Positions 1 through 9,629 of a stretch of DNA of 32,000 nt are shown one piece after another; the stretch's first letter is position 1, and the number at the start of each line of letters is the position of its first letter. The translations under genes were made by a program, and so were the position numbers. Source of the DNA: Phycisphaera mikurensis NBRC 102666 (GTDB lineage Bacteria > Planctomycetota > Phycisphaerae > Phycisphaerales > Phycisphaeraceae); assembly GCF_000284115.1 (NCBI RefSeq), contig NC_017080.1, positions 330,001-362,000 of the forward strand. The letters run 5' to 3'. The notes beneath the pieces are model-generated. The model was not told the DNA's origin and did no database searches. It worked only from the letters and a program-made list of their open reading frames with translations.

Positions 1-328
1 CGCCGGCGGACGCGGGTCGGGGGACGCGCGGCGAGGAAGCGGCGGCCCGGCTGCGGGCGGCGCCGGCGTCGGCGAGGGCGGCGTCGGCAACCCGCAAGTC
101 CGCCGCGGCGGCGTCGGGCGCGGGAGGTTCGGGAGCGTCGTCGCGGTCCGGCGCGGCGGCGGTCAGCACCGGGCCGCCGGGCCTGCCGACCTCCGCGGCG
201 TGCTCGGGCAGGACGAAGGTCACGGCGACGCCGGCGTGGGTCAGCGCGCGCGTCAGGCCCTCGCACGCGGTGCCGATGCCCCCGGAGAGGTGGGGGGGAA
301 ACTCCCAGCCAAGCATGAGAACGCGCAT
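1..328 (-). CDS. Glycosyltransferase (GT-B, glycogen/starch-synthase-like GT4/GT5), 5' portion only; the gene runs off the left edge
   Basis: Absent from the ORF track because there is no stop in the window. The reverse complement from ATG at 328 reads MRVLMLGWEFPPHLSGGIGTACEGLTRALTHAGVAVTFVLPEH, the typical N-terminal Gly-rich motif of this family. An AAGGA Shine-Dalgarno lies 5 nt upstream (within 329-341). Confidence 0.7.
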   Translation of the reverse strand, partial: MRVLMLGWEFPPHLSGGIGTACEGLTRALTHAGVAVTFVLPEHAAEVGRPGGPVLTAAAPDRDDAPEPPAPDAAAADLRVADAALADAGAARSRAAASSPRVPRPASAG

Positions 329-361
329 GATGATCCTTTCCACGGAGCGCCCCGCGGGAGA

Positions 362-1183
362 CTACAGAGGCGACGCCCGCTGGGGGGGAAAGCTCCAGCG
401 GCCGCGGGCGGCGTCGAAGAGCAGCACCGCCGCGGCGGCCGCGGCGTTGAGCGAGTCGACCGGTCCCGGGGCCATCGGGATCCCGATCGCCGCGTCGGCG
501 GCGGCCGCCCAGGTCGGCGCGAGGCCGCGGTCCTCGGGGCCGATGACCACCGCGACCGGGCCGCCGGTGGCCGGCGCCGGGCCGCCCCCGACCAGCGCTG
601 CGTGGAGGGCGATGCCGCGGGCACGGAGGAAGGCGATCGCCGCTTCGGGCTCGGCCACGGCAACCACGGGGAGGTGGAAGACGGCGGCGGTGGAGTTGCG
701 GACGGCCGCGGGGTGGAAGGGGTCGACGTGCGGGCCCACCGCGAGCACGGCGTCGCAGCCCGCGGCCGCGGCGGTGCGGACCATCGCGCCCAGGTTCCCG
801 GGCTTCTCGGTGCCGACGGCGACGAGGTAGAGGCCGGCGGCGGCCGCCGGCGGGAGGTCGTCGAGCCGGGCACGCGGAGCCACGAACTCGCCGAGCAGGC
901 CCTCGGGTCGCCGGTGCCAGGCGATCCTCTCGAAGACGGCGGCGGGGCAGGTCAGCCGCTCCACGCCCGGGGGTGCCGCCGGCACCGTTCGGCCGCCGAG
1001 CAGCTGGGGGCACGCCCACCAAGCGGTGCAGACGAGGCCGGCCTCGAGCGCCCGCTCGACCTCCCGCACCCCCTCCGCCAGGGCGACGCCGGCACCGCGT
1101 CGCTCCGCCGGCCGGCTGCGCCAGCGGACCAGCCGCTTCACGCGTGGGTTCGTCGCGGAGGTGATCGGCAGCGGCTCGGGCAT
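362..1183 (-). CDS. TrmH/SpoU-family RNA 2'-O-ribose methyltransferase (RlmB-like, with N-terminal substrate-binding domain)
   Basis: 273-aa ORF with SpoU motifs GTEKPGNLGAMVRTAAAAGCD, VVIGPEDRGL and IPMAPGPVDSLNAAAAAAVLLF. ATG at 1183. Follows lpdA by 31 nt on the same strand. Confidence 0.9.
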   Translation of the reverse strand: MPEPLPITSATNPRVKRLVRWRSRPAERRGAGVALAEGVREVERALEAGLVCTAWWACPQLLGGRTVPAAPPGVERLTCPAAVFERIAWHRRPEGLLGEFVAPRARLDDLPPAAAAGLYLVAVGTEKPGNLGAMVRTAAAAGCDAVLAVGPHVDPFHPAAVRNSTAAVFHLPVVAVAEPEAAIAFLRARGIALHAALVGGGPAPATGGPVAVVIGPEDRGLAPTWAAAADAAIGIPMAPGPVDSLNAAAAAAVLLFDAARGRWSFPPQRASPL

Positions 1184-1214
1184 GGTTCAGCCGCGGGGCG
1201 GCGTGCCGGCGCGC

Positions 1215-2642
1215 TCAGTAGTGCAGGGCGCGGCCGTCCACCGCGAGCGCGGCCTCCTTCACGGCTTCGCTGAGCGTCGGGTGCGCGTGGACCGCCCGGC
1301 CGATGTCCTCGCTGGTCGCCCCGAAGGACATCGCGGTGGCGACCTCGGCGAGCAGGTCGCCGCCGCCTGGCCCGAGGATGTGGCAGCCGAGCACGCGGTC
1401 GGTTCTCGCGTCGCACAGGAACTTGACCATGCCGGCGGTCTCGTCGATCGCCTTGGCCCGGCCGTTGGCCATGAAGGGGAACTTGCCGGCGCGGTAATCC
1501 ACGCCGGCTTCCTTGAGTTCCTCCTCGGTCTTGCCGACGCTGGCGACCTCCGGGTCGGTGTAGACGATGCCGGGCATGACGTCGTAATCGAGGTGGTGGT
1601 GGCCGGTGGCGATCCGCTCGGCGACGGCGACGCCCTCCTCCTCGGCCTTGTGGGCGAGCATGGGGCCGGCGATGCAGTCGCCGATGGCGTAGATCGTCAC
1701 CCCGTCCTTCTCGGGGGAGGCCGTGAAGGCATCGTCCCCGTCGCCGGTGACGACGCGGCCCTTCTCGTCGCGTTCGACGCCGACGGCTTCGAGATTCAGC
1801 CCGTCGGTGTACGGCTTGCGGCCGACGGCCATGAGCACGCGGTCGCAGAGCACGTCGTCCTGGCCGTCGAGCTTGACGATCAGCGCGTCGTCCGCCTCCT
1901 CCACGCCGGTGACCTTGGCGCCGAGCACGAAGCGGAGGCCCTGCTTCTTGAACTCGCGGAGCGTCGCGGTGGCGAGCTCGCCGTCCATGCCCGGCAGGAT
2001 CCGGTCGAGATACTCCACGACGGTGACGTCGGAGCCGAGGCGGCGCCAGACGCTGCCGAGCTCGAGGCCGATCACCCCCGCCCCGATCACGACGAGCCGC
2101 TCGGGCACCTTCTCCCAGGTGAGGGCGTCGGTGGAGGTGCCGATGCCCTCCATCGAGAGGTCGATGCCCGGCAGGCTCGTCGGCACCGATCCGGTCGCGA
2201 TGACCACGTGCTTCGCGGTCACCCTCGCGGGCAGGTCGTCGGGGCTGCCGTCGACCTTCTCCAGCTTCACCGAGCGGTCGCCGTCGAAGCTGCCCCGGGC
2301 CGTGTAGACCTTCACCTTGTTCTTCTTCATGAGCCCGGCGACGCCGGAGGTCAGCTGCTTCACCACGGCGTCCTTGCGGGCGTGCATGGCGGCCATGTCC
2401 AGCGTCACCCCCGAGGTGGTGATGCCGTGGTCGCCGAGGTGGGCGCTCGCCTGCTCGTAGAGGTGGCTGCTCTCCAGCAGGGCCTTGGAGGGGATGCAGC
2501 CGATGCGCAGGCAGGTGCCGCCGAGGGCGGGGTTCAGGTCGACCAGGCCGACGGAGAGGCCCAGCTGGGCGGCGCGGATCGCCGCGACGTAGCCGCCGGG
2601 GCCGGCGCCGAGGAGGAGGAGGTCGTGGTCGAAATCGGGCAT
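1215..2642 (-). CDS. lpdA: Dihydrolipoyl dehydrogenase (E3 component)
   Basis: 475 aa. FAD motif LLLLGAGPGGYVAA, redox-active disulfide GGTCLRIGCIPSK, NAD motif VVIGAGVIGLELG, and C-terminal interface HAHPTLSEA. Confidence 0.97.
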   Translation of the reverse strand: MPDFDHDLLLLGAGPGGYVAAIRAAQLGLSVGLVDLNPALGGTCLRIGCIPSKALLESSHLYEQASAHLGDHGITTSGVTLDMAAMHARKDAVVKQLTSGVAGLMKKNKVKVYTARGSFDGDRSVKLEKVDGSPDDLPARVTAKHVVIATGSVPTSLPGIDLSMEGIGTSTDALTWEKVPERLVVIGAGVIGLELGSVWRRLGSDVTVVEYLDRILPGMDGELATATLREFKKQGLRFVLGAKVTGVEEADDALIVKLDGQDDVLCDRVLMAVGRKPYTDGLNLEAVGVERDEKGRVVTGDGDDAFTASPEKDGVTIYAIGDCIAGPMLAHKAEEEGVAVAERIATGHHHLDYDVMPGIVYTDPEVASVGKTEEELKEAGVDYRAGKFPFMANGRAKAIDETAGMVKFLCDARTDRVLGCHILGPGGGDLLAEVATAMSFGATSEDIGRAVHAHPTLSEAVKEAALAVDGRALHY

Positions 2643-2777
2643 GGCGGGGTCGCGGGGGCGGGGCGGCGGCGGGGGTGCGACGATAGAGGCCGCGGAGCGC
2701 GGAGCGGCGGGTGGTGCGGCGGCTCGGGCCCGGCGGCACGCGGGCGGGCGCCCGGCGGCGGGCCGGGCCGGGCCGGG

Positions 2778-2823
2778 CCGCGGACCGCGGCGGTTGCGGG
2801 TCGATTCAGCCGGCGGTCCGCGG
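2778..2823. repeat. 46-bp palindromic intergenic element, copy A (CCGCGGACCG-N26-CGGTCCGCGG)
   Basis: Perfect 10-bp arms at 2778-2787 and 2814-2823 with a 26-nt spacer. Overlaps the last codons and stop (2806) of the membrane-protein gene. Confidence 0.85.
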
Positions 2824-3717
2824 CTCGCGGCGCAGGCGCCGCCACGCGAGCAGCGGGAGGGGCCCGGCGAGGGCGGAGGCGAGCAGGGAGCCGAGGGTCA
2901 GGCCGGTGGGGATGCCCTGCCACGGCGTCTGGAACAGCAGAATCGAGGCGGTGACCAGCGCGAGCGGGGCGGCGCCGGCGGCGAGGGCCCAGCGGCCGCG
3001 GCCCAGCGGCGTGCGGCCCAGACCGGCGGCGGCGAGGCCGGCGGTGAGCGTCATCGACACGCCCAGCGGGATGCCGCCGCGGCCGTCGGGCCGGTAGAAG
3101 GCCCGCTCGGGGGTGTGGAAGGGCACCGACACCCGCCAGCGGTGGGCGCGGATCCCGCCGCCGTGCCGCTCGGCCCGGTGAACGAGGAAGTGGTCCGGCG
3201 GCTCGAAGCCGAAGCGCTGGGTGCGGGAGTGGCTCTGGCGGACCGCCAGGGCGAGCACGGCAACGAAGACCAGCGTGAGGACGACCGCCAGCACGCCGGC
3301 GGCGGGGCGGCCCAGGGGAGCCAGCCGCGGCAGGCGGCGGGCCAGGCCGGTGCCGACCGCCACGCCGAGCACGGCCGCCGCGGCGTCGCCCAGCTGCGGG
3401 TGGCGGGCGAGGAAGGCGGCCTGCCAAGCCTCGTTGAGGATGCCGAAGGCCGCGCCCGCGAGCAGGAGCCAGCCCGGACGCACGCGCGGGAAGGCGTAGA
3501 CGGCCGCCGCGGCGGCGGTGCCGAAGGCGGCGGCGGTGAGCGGGGTCTGCAGGTCGACCCAGCCGCCGGAGAGCGCGGCCCGCATCCGCGAGGTCCACGT
3601 TCCCAAAGAGTCCACGCGGACGAAGGGGAAGGCGACGCCCAGGAAGAGCCCGAGCGCGCCGGCGGCGGCGACGCAGCGCCAGGGCGTGGCGGGATCGGCG
3701 GGGCGGGGGGCGGGCAC
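2806..3717 (-). CDS. Integral membrane protein; N-terminal half is VanZ-like
   Basis: 303-aa ORF (GTG start) with several hydrophobic segments. Contains a VanZ-like pattern, NEAWQAAFLARHPQLGDAAAAVLGVAVG. Third-position GC is nearly saturated in this frame. The start codon is uncertain. Confidence 0.55.
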   Translation of the reverse strand: MPAPRPADPATPWRCVAAAGALGLFLGVAFPFVRVDSLGTWTSRMRAALSGGWVDLQTPLTAAAFGTAAAAAVYAFPRVRPGWLLLAGAAFGILNEAWQAAFLARHPQLGDAAAAVLGVAVGTGLARRLPRLAPLGRPAAGVLAVVLTLVFVAVLALAVRQSHSRTQRFGFEPPDHFLVHRAERHGGGIRAHRWRVSVPFHTPERAFYRPDGRGGIPLGVSMTLTAGLAAAGLGRTPLGRGRWALAAGAAPLALVTASILLFQTPWQGIPTGLTLGSLLASALAGPLPLLAWRRLRREPRTAG

Positions 3718-3762
3718 CGGGCGGGTATCGGGCGGGCGGGCGGGAGGGGCCAGCGGGGCCGG

Positions 3763-6700
3763 TCAGCCCCCGCCGCGGGCGGCGGTGGGGAAGCGGCGGA
3801 GGTCCAGGGTGACCAGGCCCGCGTCCTGCCCGGCCGGCCGCAGCGGGTTCGTGCCGGGGTGGAGGCTCACGCCGGAGAAGCGGGCGGCGCGGCGGCTCTC
3901 GGCCTCGAGCGCGTTCACGGGGTGGGCGTCCTCGGCCCGGCCGCCGGGGTGGGCGACGCTGTAGGCGCAGCCGCCGAGCGTGGCGGCGGGGACGACGCCG
4001 GTCGCGGGGTCGCGCTCGCTCCACCGCGGTTCCACCAGATCGACGGCGACGGGCGCGTGCGGCTCGATGGTGGGGTGCAGGCACGACCACGGCTGCCACG
4101 CCCGGTAGCGGACGCCGGCGACGGACTCGCCGGCCGTGCCGGTGGGCCGCAGCGGCAGCTCGACGCCGTTGACGGCGACGCGGCGGGTGTCGCCGGCGGG
4201 GAGGCCCGAGACGCGGACCTGGCACCGCTCCAGCGAGGAGTCGACGTAGCGGGCGGTGCCGGTGCCGCTGGCCTCCTCCCCGAGCGTGAGCCAGGGCTCC
4301 ACGCCGACGCGCAGCTCGATGTGCACGCCGTCGACCGTCGCCGTGCCCAGCCGCGGGAAGCGGAACTCGAAGAAGGCGTCGTACCAGCTCGATTCAAAGG
4401 CCATGCCGTGGCGGCCGAGGTCGGCGAGCACGGCGTCGAAGTCCCGCTTCACCCAGTGCGGCAGCAGGTAGCGGTCGTGCAGGGCGGGCCCGAAGTCGCT
4501 GAGCACGCCGGTCAGCGGCTCCTCCCAGCAGCGGGCGATCAGCCCGCGCAGCAGCAGCGCCTGGGCCAGCGCGAGCCGCGGGTGCGGCGGCATCTCGAAG
4601 CCGCGGAACTCCAGCAGGCCCAGGCGCCCGGTGGGCGAGTCCGGCGAGTACAGCTTGTCGATGCACAGCTCGCTGCGGTGCGTGTTGCCGGTCAAGTCGG
4701 TGAGCAGGTGGCGGTAGAGGCGGTCGACGAGCCAGGGCGCGGCGTCCTCGCGCGAGGGAGGCGTCGGGAAGCCGGAGTCGTCTGCCGGCCCCGGCTCGGG
4801 CGTCTGCAGGAAGGCGAGATTCATCTCCTCCACGGCGTTCCGGCGGCCCTCGTCCATCCGCGGGGCCTGGCTGGTGGGGCCGATGAACAGGCCGCTGAAG
4901 AGGTAGCTGAGGCTCGGGTGGCGGTGCCAGCAGGCGACCAGCGAGCGGAGCAGGTCCGGCCGACGCAGAAGCGGCGAGTCCAGCGGGCTGCGGCCGCCGA
5001 CGACGACGTGGTTGCCGCCTCCGGTGCCGGTGTGGCGGCCGTCTTTCTGGAACTTCTCGGTGGAGAGGCCGGCCACGCGGGCGTCGTGGTACAGCGACTC
5101 GGTGGCGTCCACGAGCGCCGGCCAGTCGGCCTCGGGCGCGACGTTGATCTCCAGCACGCCGGGGTCGGGCGTGGCCGCGACGGTCTCCAGCCGCGGATCG
5201 GACGGCGGCGGGTAGCCCTCGACCACGACGCGGGCGTCGGCCTCCGCCGCCGCGGCTTCGACGGCGGCGACGAGCGAGAGGAAGTGCTCGAGCCGGCGGA
5301 TGGGCGGCAGGAAGATCCGCAGGGCGTCGCCGCGGGGCTCGACGGCCAGGGCGGTGCGGACGAGGAGCTTCGGCTCGCTCGGATCGACTTCCTTGGGAGG
5401 CTCGGGGTCGCGGGCGCTCTCGTCGCCGTCGAGCAGCAGCGGGCGCTCCGCCGCGGCGACGGGGTCGTCCGGCCCGGCGTCGGGCTCCGCCTCCTCGAAC
5501 GGCAGGCTCTCCAGCGGGATCCGCAGGCCCGCCGGCGCGTCGCCGGGGAACAGCTCCAGCCGGGCGGGGTCGTTGGGCTCGTCGGCGGCCAGCGACCAGG
5601 GTCCGCTCGACCAGCGGGCGGGAGCCTCGGAGGAGCGGGCCCGACGCAGCGGGAGGATCACGGCGGTGGGGCGGTCGAGCCCGCGGGTCTCGATCGCGGC
5701 GAGGCGCCGCAGCTCCTGCGCCGTCCAGCCCTCGGGCACACGGGGTGCGTCCTCGGCCTCGTCGTCCGCTTGGGCGGAGGCCTCGGCGAAGGCGAGCAGG
5801 TCGAAGCCCTTCGGCAGGGCGCGGAGGCGCTTTGTGTGCGCGTCGGCATCCTCGAAGGCCGGCCGGGCGTTGCCGCCGTCGAGGCCGAGGTGCGCCGAGA
5901 GCGCCGCGACGAATGCTTCGCTCTTTAAGTCGGCTCCCTCACCCGCCGGGCCGCCGGTGGTCGGGTCGGCGAGGCGGTCCGCATCGCTCCAGACGGCCAC
6001 GCCGTCGCGGCGGCGGTGCAGCGCGAGGCTCCAGCGCGGGAGCTCTTCGCCGGGGTACCACTTGCCCTGGCCCGCCTGCACCAGCGAGCCGGCCCAGCGC
6101 GGTCGGGCCCGCTGCAGCTTCATGAGCGCGTGGCCCATCGCGTGCTTCCCGCCGCCGAGGGCCGCGGTGTTCCACGCCGGGTGCGCCGGGAGGCCGGCGG
6201 CGACGAAGGTCGGCTCGCCGCCCATCGTCAGGCGGACGTCGCCGCGGGCGAGGCGGTTGTCGATGTGCCGGCCGAGGGCGTCCACGCGGGACCAGGCTGC
6301 GTCGTCGAAGGGTTTCGTGACGCGCGGGTCCTCGAAGTCGCGGACCACGGTGACGCCGTAGTCGAAGCCGACGCCGACGGACGCACCCGCGGCGGCGTCG
6401 TTCACCTCCGGCTTGCCCGCGAGCCCGGAGGCGGCCGCGAAGGAACCCTCGATCGGCGCCGCCGAGCCCGGCTCCGCCGTCGCCGCCAGCGGGATGTGGC
6501 CCTCGCCGGTCATCATCCCCGAGGTCGCGTCCAGGCCGACCCAGCCGGCGCCGGGCAGGTAGACCTCCGCCCACGCGTGCAGGTCGACCACGTCGCTGGC
6601 CACGCCCGCGGCGGCGTGCTCGTCCAGCGGCTTCTCGTCGGGGGCGAGCTGCACGGAGTAGCCCGAGACGAAGCGGGCCGCCAGGCCCAGCCCGCGCAGC

Positions 6701-7332
6701 AGCTGCACCAGCAGCCAGGCCGAGTCGCGGCAGCTGCCGCTGGCGGCCGCGATCGTCTCCTCGGGGCTCTGGATGCCGGCCTCGAAACGCAGGCGGTAGC
6801 CCAGCCGCTCCTGCACCCGCCGGTTGACCGAGGTGACCGCGTCGATCGTCCGCGGCTCTTCACCGCCGGTTGGCGCGACCAGGCCGCGCACCTCCCGCAG
6901 CATCGCGTCGAAGCCGCTCCCGCACGCCGGGGCCCCCGCCCGCTCCAGGTACGGGGCCAGCTGCCGCGCGAGGTCCTCCCCGTAGGCGATCGGGAAGGTC
7001 TCCGCCTCGGCGTCGAGGAAGAAGTCGAACGGGTTGATCGGCGAGAGGTCGCACCGCAGGCTCACCTCCACCGCGAAGCGAGTGACCGCCTCGGGCACCA
7101 CCACGCGGGCGAGCCAGTTCGCCTGCGGGTCCTGCTGCCAGTTCACGAACGGCTCGACGCGGCGCACCCCGCCGGCGGGCGTCGCGTGCTCCAGCGTCAG
7201 CTTCATCGCGTAGCCCGAGACCGGCGTCCGGGCGTGCGGGGCGGGGCGCAGGCGGATGACCTGCGGGGCGAGGTCCACCGGGCGGTCGTACGTGTACTCG
7301 GTGCGGTGAAGCACCGCGGCGCGGATGGACAA
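3763..7332 (-). CDS. Large transglutaminase-family protein (Bact_transglu_N + transglutaminase core + DUF2126-type C-terminal region)
   Basis: N-terminus reads [32 protein letters not shown]. Cys-His-Asp core: [43 protein letters not shown] long conserved C-terminal region follows. The maximal ORF reaches 7575, but the family-typical N-terminus begins at the TTG at 7332, so I use that start. Confidence 0.9.
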   Translation of the reverse strand: MSIRAAVLHRTEYTYDRPVDLAPQVIRLRPAPHARTPVSGYAMKLTLEHATPAGGVRRVEPFVNWQQDPQANWLARVVVPEAVTRFAVEVSLRCDLSPINPFDFFLDAEAETFPIAYGEDLARQLAPYLERAGAPACGSGFDAMLREVRGLVAPTGGEEPRTIDAVTSVNRRVQERLGYRLRFEAGIQSPEETIAAASGSCRDSAWLLVQLLRGLGLAARFVSGYSVQLAPDEKPLDEHAAAGVASDVVDLHAWAEVYLPGAGWVGLDATSGMMTGEGHIPLAATAEPGSAAPIEGSFAAASGLAGKPEVNDAAAGASVGVGFDYGVTVVRDFEDPRVTKPFDDAAWSRVDALGRHIDNRLARGDVRLTMGGEPTFVAAGLPAHPAWNTAALGGGKHAMGHALMKLQRARPRWAGSLVQAGQGKWYPGEELPRWSLALHRRRDGVAVWSDADRLADPTTGGPAGEGADLKSEAFVAALSAHLGLDGGNARPAFEDADAHTKRLRALPKGFDLLAFAEASAQADDEAEDAPRVPEGWTAQELRRLAAIETRGLDRPTAVILPLRRARSSEAPARWSSGPWSLAADEPNDPARLELFPGDAPAGLRIPLESLPFEEAEPDAGPDDPVAAAERPLLLDGDESARDPEPPKEVDPSEPKLLVRTALAVEPRGDALRIFLPPIRRLEHFLSLVAAVEAAAAEADARVVVEGYPPPSDPRLETVAATPDPGVLEINVAPEADWPALVDATESLYHDARVAGLSTEKFQKDGRHTGTGGGNHVVVGGRSPLDSPLLRRPDLLRSLVACWHRHPSLSYLFSGLFIGPTSQAPRMDEGRRNAVEEMNLAFLQTPEPGPADDSGFPTPPSREDAAPWLVDRLYRHLLTDLTGNTHRSELCIDKLYSPDSPTGRLGLLEFRGFEMPPHPRLALAQALLLRGLIARCWEEPLTGVLSDFGPALHDRYLLPHWVKRDFDAVLADLGRHGMAFESSWYDAFFEFRFPRLGTATVDGVHIELRVGVEPWLTLGEEASGTGTARYVDSSLERCQVRVSGLPAGDTRRVAVNGVELPLRPTGTAGESVAGVRYRAWQPWSCLHPTIEPHAPVAVDLVEPRWSERDPATGVVPAATLGGCAYSVAHPGGRAEDAHPVNALEAESRRAARFSGVSLHPGTNPLRPAGQDAGLVTLDLRRFPTAARGGG

Positions 7333-7408
7333 AAGAGCTTTCGGGTGGGCAGCGGAAGGACCGGCGGTTGTCAACCAGCGTAGAGGTGGCTCCGCCGTGC
7401 GATCGCTC

Positions 7409-7454
7409 CCGCGGACCGCCGGCTCCGACACCGCTTCGGGCGTTCCGTCCGCGG
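7409..7454. repeat. 46-bp palindromic intergenic element, copy B (one arm mismatch)
   Basis: CCGCGGACCG at 7409-7418 and CCGTCCGCGG at 7445-7454 with a 26-nt spacer. Lies between the B12-like gene and the transglutaminase gene. Confidence 0.75.
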
Positions 7455-7671
7455 TTCCCGCCGCCCGCGGGTTCCCCGCCGCCAAGGCCGGCCGAGCCGA
7501 CGCGCGGGCGTCGCCCGCCCCCGCACCGGGGCGGTGCGGGCTCACGCGCAGCAGCGAACCGGTGGGGCGACCCACCGGGCGTCCTCTGGGTCGGATCCGT
7601 CGACGGGATCCGGGGGATCCGCCGCAGCCGGAGACGCGCCAGCCTCCGCAAGGCGGAGCGCGGAGCGGCCT

Positions 7672-8376
7672 TCAGGCCGCCTTGCGTCGGCGTCGGCCCA
7701 CGGTCCGCTGGTCCCAGGTCATGCGCGTGTCGGGCTCCTCGTCGAGCACCTCGACGACGTGGGTCGGGTGGTCGGCCCAGAGGTCGGCGCCGATTTCCTC
7801 GGCGAGGCCCTCGGCCCGGCCGAAGACGCCGCCGCCCACGGTGACCTGCACCTGCTCGTTGAGCCCCATGTCGTGGAGGCGGTCGATGAGCTGGCGGGTG
7901 CGGGGCACGGTGGCGGGGACGGCGCCGAAGATCACGAGCCGGTCGACGACCAGCGTCCCGACGGCGGCGATGATCTCGTCGTTGGCCACGCCGCCGCCGG
8001 CGAAGTAGACCGTCCAGCCGTCCGCCTCGAGCAGGTCCGCGGTGAGCTGGCCCGCCAGCTCCTCGCTCTCCTCCTCGCCGCAGACCATCAGCAGCGTCTG
8101 GCCGCGGCGGGCTTTCTGCTCGTACTCCGGCTGGAGGCGGTCGGTGATCGACCGCATCAGCCGCGTCGCGAAGTGGTACGACAGATCGGAGAGCTGGTCG
8201 TTGCGGTGGGCCTTCTGGACCTGGTCGAGGGTCGGCCAGATCAGGTGGTTGGCGAGGGCTTCGGCGGTCGCCTTGCCGGATCGGCACTCGGCGAGGACCT
8301 CGCCGGCGGCCGCGCGGTCGCCGGAGATGAGGGCCGTGTAGAAACGTTCGAGCAGGGCGTTGGGCCGGCTGGCCAT
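7672..8376 (-). CDS. Stand-alone cobalamin(B12)-binding-domain-like protein (helical cap + Rossmann-like B12-binding fold) with a degenerate His-on motif
   Basis: Architecture is a helical bundle (IWPTLDQVQKAHRND) followed by TLLMVCGEEESEELAGQLTADLLEADGWTVYFAGGGV...VQVTVGGGVF. An alternative ATG lies at 8433. The ATG at 8376 has a GGAG upstream. Confidence 0.7.
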   Translation of the reverse strand: MASRPNALLERFYTALISGDRAAAGEVLAECRSGKATAEALANHLIWPTLDQVQKAHRNDQLSDLSYHFATRLMRSITDRLQPEYEQKARRGQTLLMVCGEEESEELAGQLTADLLEADGWTVYFAGGGVANDEIIAAVGTLVVDRLVIFGAVPATVPRTRQLIDRLHDMGLNEQVQVTVGGGVFGRAEGLAEEIGADLWADHPTHVVEVLDEEPDTRMTWDQRTVGRRRRKAA

Positions 8377-8617
8377 GATTCGGGGCTCCGGGATTGAGAA
8401 GGTCGGCCCGTTGGCCGGCGACACCCCTTTCATCGTGGGGCGTGCCCCGATCGGGACAGCACGCAGGTGAACGCCGTTATCAGGCGCACGCGGGAGCGGC
8501 CGGCGGCGTAGGAGGCCGCTGCCGGCGCGGCAAGCGTGCTTTTATCGGCGGGCTCGCCCGCGTACAACGGGGGCGGCCTCTCTCGCTCTCGTCCCCGCCT
8601 CCCTCTGGAGAAACGCT

Positions 8618-9523
8618 TTGCACCCTCGAACCTTCCCCCTGCTCCGCCGGCTGCTCCCCGCCGCGTCGCTGGCCCTGGCCGCGGTCACCTTCTCCCCGGG
8701 CTGCCAGACCAACCCCGCCACGGGCGAGCTCTACCTGACCGCGCTCAACCAGGAGAAGGCGGTGCAGATCGGCGAGGAGGCCGAGCCGCAGTTCCTCTCC
8801 GAGAACGGCGGCGTCATCCCCGACGCCGGCATCCGCGACTACGTCGCGTCGATCGGCAACCGGCTCGCGGCCAAGAGCGAGCTGCCCGACCTCCCCTGGG
8901 AGTTCCACGTGCTCGACTCGGTGCAGATCAACGCCTTCGCGCTGCCCGGCGGCAAGATCTTCATGAGCCGCGGGCTGCTCGAGCGGATGACCAACGAGGC
9001 CCAGCTCGCCGGCGTCCTCGGCCACGAGATCGGCCACGTCACCGCCGACCACGTCGGCCAGCGGATGGCGCAGGCCACGGCGGTGACGGCCGCCGGCGCG
9101 GTCTTGGGCGCCGCCGGCGCCGCCACCGACAAGGACTGGCTGAAGGTGCTCGGCGTCGGCACCGGCGTCGGCGGCGGGGTTTACCTCCTGAGGTTCTCCC
9201 GCGGCAACGAGACCGAGTCCGACCTGCTCGGCGTCCGCTACATGGACCGCCTGGGCTACAACCCCTGGGGCCAGGTGCAGGTGATGGAGATCCTCAAGGA
9301 GGCCTCCGGCGGCGGCAGCGGCAACCTCCTGGAGAGCTTCTTCGCCACGCACCCGCTGCCCCAGGACCGCATCGACGACCTCGAGGAGCTCATCCGCGAC
9401 AAGTACCCCGACGCGAAGCGAAGCGGCGACGGCTTCTTCCCGGAGCGCTTCGAGCAGAACGTGCTGCGGCCGCTGTCGAGGCTGCCGGCCCCCCGGCAGA
9501 CGACGCCGCCGGCGGCCGGTTGA
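8618..9523 (+). CDS. M48-family zinc metallopeptidase, lipoprotein (YcaL/LoiP-like)
   Basis: HExxH motif in VLGHEIGHVTADH, with a downstream Glu ligand in NETESDLLG. Lipobox LAAVTFSPGC. TTG start with a GGAG 8-10 nt upstream. Confidence 0.9.
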   Translation: MHPRTFPLLRRLLPAASLALAAVTFSPGCQTNPATGELYLTALNQEKAVQIGEEAEPQFLSENGGVIPDAGIRDYVASIGNRLAAKSELPDLPWEFHVLDSVQINAFALPGGKIFMSRGLLERMTNEAQLAGVLGHEIGHVTADHVGQRMAQATAVTAAGAVLGAAGAATDKDWLKVLGVGTGVGGGVYLLRFSRGNETESDLLGVRYMDRLGYNPWGQVQVMEILKEASGGGSGNLLESFFATHPLPQDRIDDLEELIRDKYPDAKRSGDGFFPERFEQNVLRPLSRLPAPRQTTPPAAG

Positions 9524-9582
9524 ACGCTGGCGCTGGCGCGGGGCGGGGCAGGAAAGGGTGCCGTGGCGGGGACGGGGCAGAT

Positions 9583-9628
9583 CCGCGGACCGTCGCGGTT
9601 TGGAGGCTCTCGCCCCTACGGTCCGCGG
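9583..9628. repeat. 46-bp palindromic intergenic element, copy C
   Basis: Perfect arms at 9583-9592 and 9619-9628 (11 bp if the T/A flanks are included) with a 26-nt spacer. Lies between the M48 peptidase stop and the ubiE start. Confidence 0.85.
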
Positions 9629-9629
9629 C

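Noticed and set aside
200-2954. + strand ORFs 200-1273 and 1026-2954, and - strand ORF 1138-2739
   Set aside because: They are antisense or off-frame to the clearly recognisable SpoU methyltransferase and lpdA. The sequences are R/G/A/P-rich and carry no domain signatures.
2641-5928. 1095-aa + strand ORF, with nested ORFs 2534-4225(-) and 3915-4397(-), overlapping the membrane-protein and transglutaminase genes
   Set aside because: The composition is dominated by Arg/Gly/Ala/Pro with no motifs. It lies antisense to a gene with unambiguous transglutaminase/DUF2126 motifs, which is typical shadow-ORF behaviour in >70% GC DNA.
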